Assembly (NCBI GenBank): GCA_977030845.1 | Contig: OZ365109.1 | Location: 35,836,001 to 35,900,000 of the forward strand | Direction of reading: 5' to 3' | Source of the DNA: Fimbriosthenelais zetlandica | Taxonomy: Eukaryota | DNA: 64,000 nt | Shown: positions 61,901 through 64,000 of the stretch, one piece after another | How positions within the stretch are numbered: position 1 is the first letter of the stretch | Layout of the letters: each line of letters starts with the position of its first letter | The notes under the pieces: generated by a model | Database searches by the model: none | What the model was told of the DNA's origin: nothing | Seen by the model: only the letters and a program-made list of their open reading frames with translations | Made by a program: the position numbers and the translations under genes

Positions 61901-63702
61901 AGTGTTGTGGGCCTTTCCAATAAAATCATAATTTTGTGGAATTTTATTTAGAGACTTGGGCAAAATAAAATATTAGCAGCACATTCATTTCAGTAGGATT
62001 AATTTAATGGATCGAGTGAAAAATATCTGGCCTACTCTAAGTAGGCCTACCTGTAAAAATAATCTTCCCAGCTCAGCGCCTTTTAATAGGCCTAATTCTA
62101 GATATTTTTGCAGCAGAATCATTATTTGCAGAAGAGCCAGCAGTAGTGTTCCAGTGCAGTGAAGAGGTCATGAGAAGACGAAAAGTTGGAAACTGTAGAT
62201 ACCATAAAGTGTGGCTACTTTGGCTCATCAAACAGACATTTTACCTTTTTTTATAATATCCAAGACTATCCCTACTGAGGATTTATCTAGGCCTATATTT
62301 GTGATGTATCTCAAGGGTGACAACCTAAATTTAGGCCCAATTTACGTTTAAAATTAACGCTTTTTTTCGTCGTTTCCTTTAAATTTTAACAAGTTTATAT
62401 TTATGTCATATTTTTTGTATCCAGCAAATGTTATAGACTCCTGACCAGATTGCCCTGAAGAAACTATTTTCCCTTATACAGCACCCTTTTATATTTTTGT
62501 ATATTTTTGAAGTTTTTGACTTCGAAAATGCGTTTAATTATTATAAATTTCTCTTACATAGATTAGATAGATAATCTGAGCCAAAGTAGCCCCATTTTTC
62601 AATCAAAATTGGGGCCAAATTATCACTTTTCATGCTTGTTTCTGACTGTCACCTCACGATAGCTAGGTATCTTGGACATTATGTAATGTTTTATCATTTT
62701 GTTACAAAATTTCAACACTCTTTTTCAACAACAAATTGTGAAAAAACAATTCCAATATGGCCGGCGCATTTCTTCACCCAAAATAGAATACAAATACATT
62801 TGTATAATTAAGTATAAACCTTACAGTTGGGGAGTCTCCTTCTATTGAGGCATAATCACAGACAAATGAGTTACAGTGGTACCTATTTGGCTTCAGTTAT
62901 GGTTGTATCTTTGAAATCTAATGGTGCAGTTAGGGTGGTATCAGCAGTTCAGTTATGGTGGTACCTCACGATATTTATTTTCCGTATTACAAGAAATTGA
63001 CAACCTTACAAGTGAAGTTGAACCTACCCATCCCTTGGTACGACAAAAAAGAAGAGATCTGTCGATTCACATTTTTAAGAAAATGATTTGTTAGGCAACA
63101 ATCGTGGAAAATAAAAATCGGCAAAACTTGCCTCCCGCCATCTTGTATGTGTGTAACTGCAGTTACGGCTGCATGTGTCGGTACAGTGCTAAAGGGAAAA
63201 TGTGCCATGCTGCATGCAGCTGTCTATACAATAAATTAGAAAAAGCCCTATTAAAATATACCTATAATTTGATCTATATAAATTGTGATTTTGTTTGGTT
63301 ATCGTGAAGAATTGTAATACTTTGCAAGTAAGCCTCAAATGGTCATTGGAGTTGTATAATTTTGCTGCCAATGGTAGATTAATGGGCTTACGTACAGTGT
63401 AAACCGGATGTGACGATATCTTTTAGTTTTAGACTGTGTTGATTAGGAGAACCAAAATTTGTGTCTGTTTTTGTGGGAATTAACGATTGACGTTTTCTTT
63501 CCTTAATAGAGTGTAAGCAGATCTACGGTGCTGACCTGCTGTTTTTGTTGGATGGCTCTGGCTCCGTCAAAAAAACACACTTCAACACGATGAAGAAGTT
63601 TGTTGTGGATGTCATTGACACGTTTGACATTGCTGCCGATGCAACCCGAGTTGCTGTAGGCACCTTCGCTGCCAGTTACCGTACAGACTTCTACCTCAAC
63701 AC
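58944..63702 (+). CDS. Secreted protein: signal peptide, lysozyme/lytic-transglycosylase-like domain, VWA domain (continues past the window)
   Basis: Exons 58944-59186, 60647-60814, 61144-61273, 63510-63702 (phases 0,0,1). Signal peptide MIKLGIFLALAAVGALG; then LFMRRTAFVETADG...GYHGGIWKVD...FGIDW...RKPLVSALAARLY...QATFWEKYY; VWA start ADLLFLLDGSGSV (MIDAS DxSxS), TRVAVGTF. Confidence 0.88.
59322..59490. mobile_element. Hairpin MITE family A, copy 7
   Basis: CAG|GGGCCCATTG...CAATGCGGCC|CAG; matched TSD. Confidence 0.9.
60476..60591. mobile_element. CAGGGG(C/A)GGATC...GGATCCGC(C/T)ACTG-type MITE, possibly hAT-like
   Basis: CAGGGGAGGATCT...GGATCCGCTACTG; partial relatives at ~52692 and ~56060. 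Confidence 0.55.
61386..63188. mobile_element. 1803-bp non-autonomous DNA transposon with Transib/RAG-like end structure
   Basis: CTAAA|CACTGTACC...GGTACAGTG|CTAAA: 5-bp TSD and CAC termini. TIR is perfect for 60 bp and runs 137 bp with 4 mismatches; subterminal GTACCACC(A/C)TAACT repeats at both ends; no transposase ORF. Confidence 0.85.
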
Positions 63703-63719
63703 GTATGTATACATCGACT

Positions 63720-63790
63720 CAGCTCAGTTGGTTAGACCAATGATCGAAGGGTCGGCGGTTCAATCCCCCGAGCTCAGCTGTCCAAGGCAC
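63720..63790 (+). mobile_element. tRNA-derived SINE head or tRNA pseudogene
   Basis: AGCTCAGTTGG (A box) and GGTTCAATCC (B box) without an intact anticodon arm or acceptor stem. Confidence 0.55.
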
Positions 63791-64000
63791 TTGCAATGCC
63801 TCCCTACTCAGGGTGTTTGTGTGTTGTACCTATATGTTCTAGAGCACATGCACCTAGAAATATACATTGCACAGATGGCAATGTAGTAATGCACATAGAA
63901 AGAGCCCCCAGCTGAGAAACAGGCTCTATAAAAATTCTAACTAAAACAAATAACGTTACTGCCTGAGTGATGCTTTTGCCGCTTCTTGAATTTTGCTAAT

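Overview
Animal (invertebrate) genomic DNA: AT-rich, with spliceosomal introns, many MITEs and SINEs, and one 187-N assembly gap (38722-38908). An echinoderm- or deuterostome-like origin is an impression only. I reconstructed the genes by hand from GT/AG sites and frame phases. Left to right: (1) 3' part of a kidney-type glutaminase GLS (+, 14 exons, one GC-AG intron); (2) a RING/B-box/coiled-coil/NHL TRIM gene (-); (3) tRNA-Phe(GAA); (4) CDK9 (-) and STEEP1/CXorf56 (+), head-to-head with 178 bp between start codons; (5) a degenerate ~330-bp tandem array with a nested MITE; (6) an unrecognised 12-exon gene (+, ~795-835 aa) with helical-bundle-like C-terminal segments; (7) a 5-exon Mab-21/cGAS-like (cGLR-fold) gene (-, 509 aa) whose catalytic motifs look degenerate; (8) the 5' part of a secreted protein joining a lysozyme/lytic-transglycosylase-like domain to a VWA domain (+). 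Intron 3 of that last gene carries a 1803-bp non-autonomous transposon with CAC termini, 137-bp TIRs and a 5-bp TSD, the signature of Transib/RAG-like elements. Seven copies of a ~170-bp hairpin Harbinger-type MITE with CWG target sites are scattered through the window. No prokaryotic systems or CRISPR arrays were seen.
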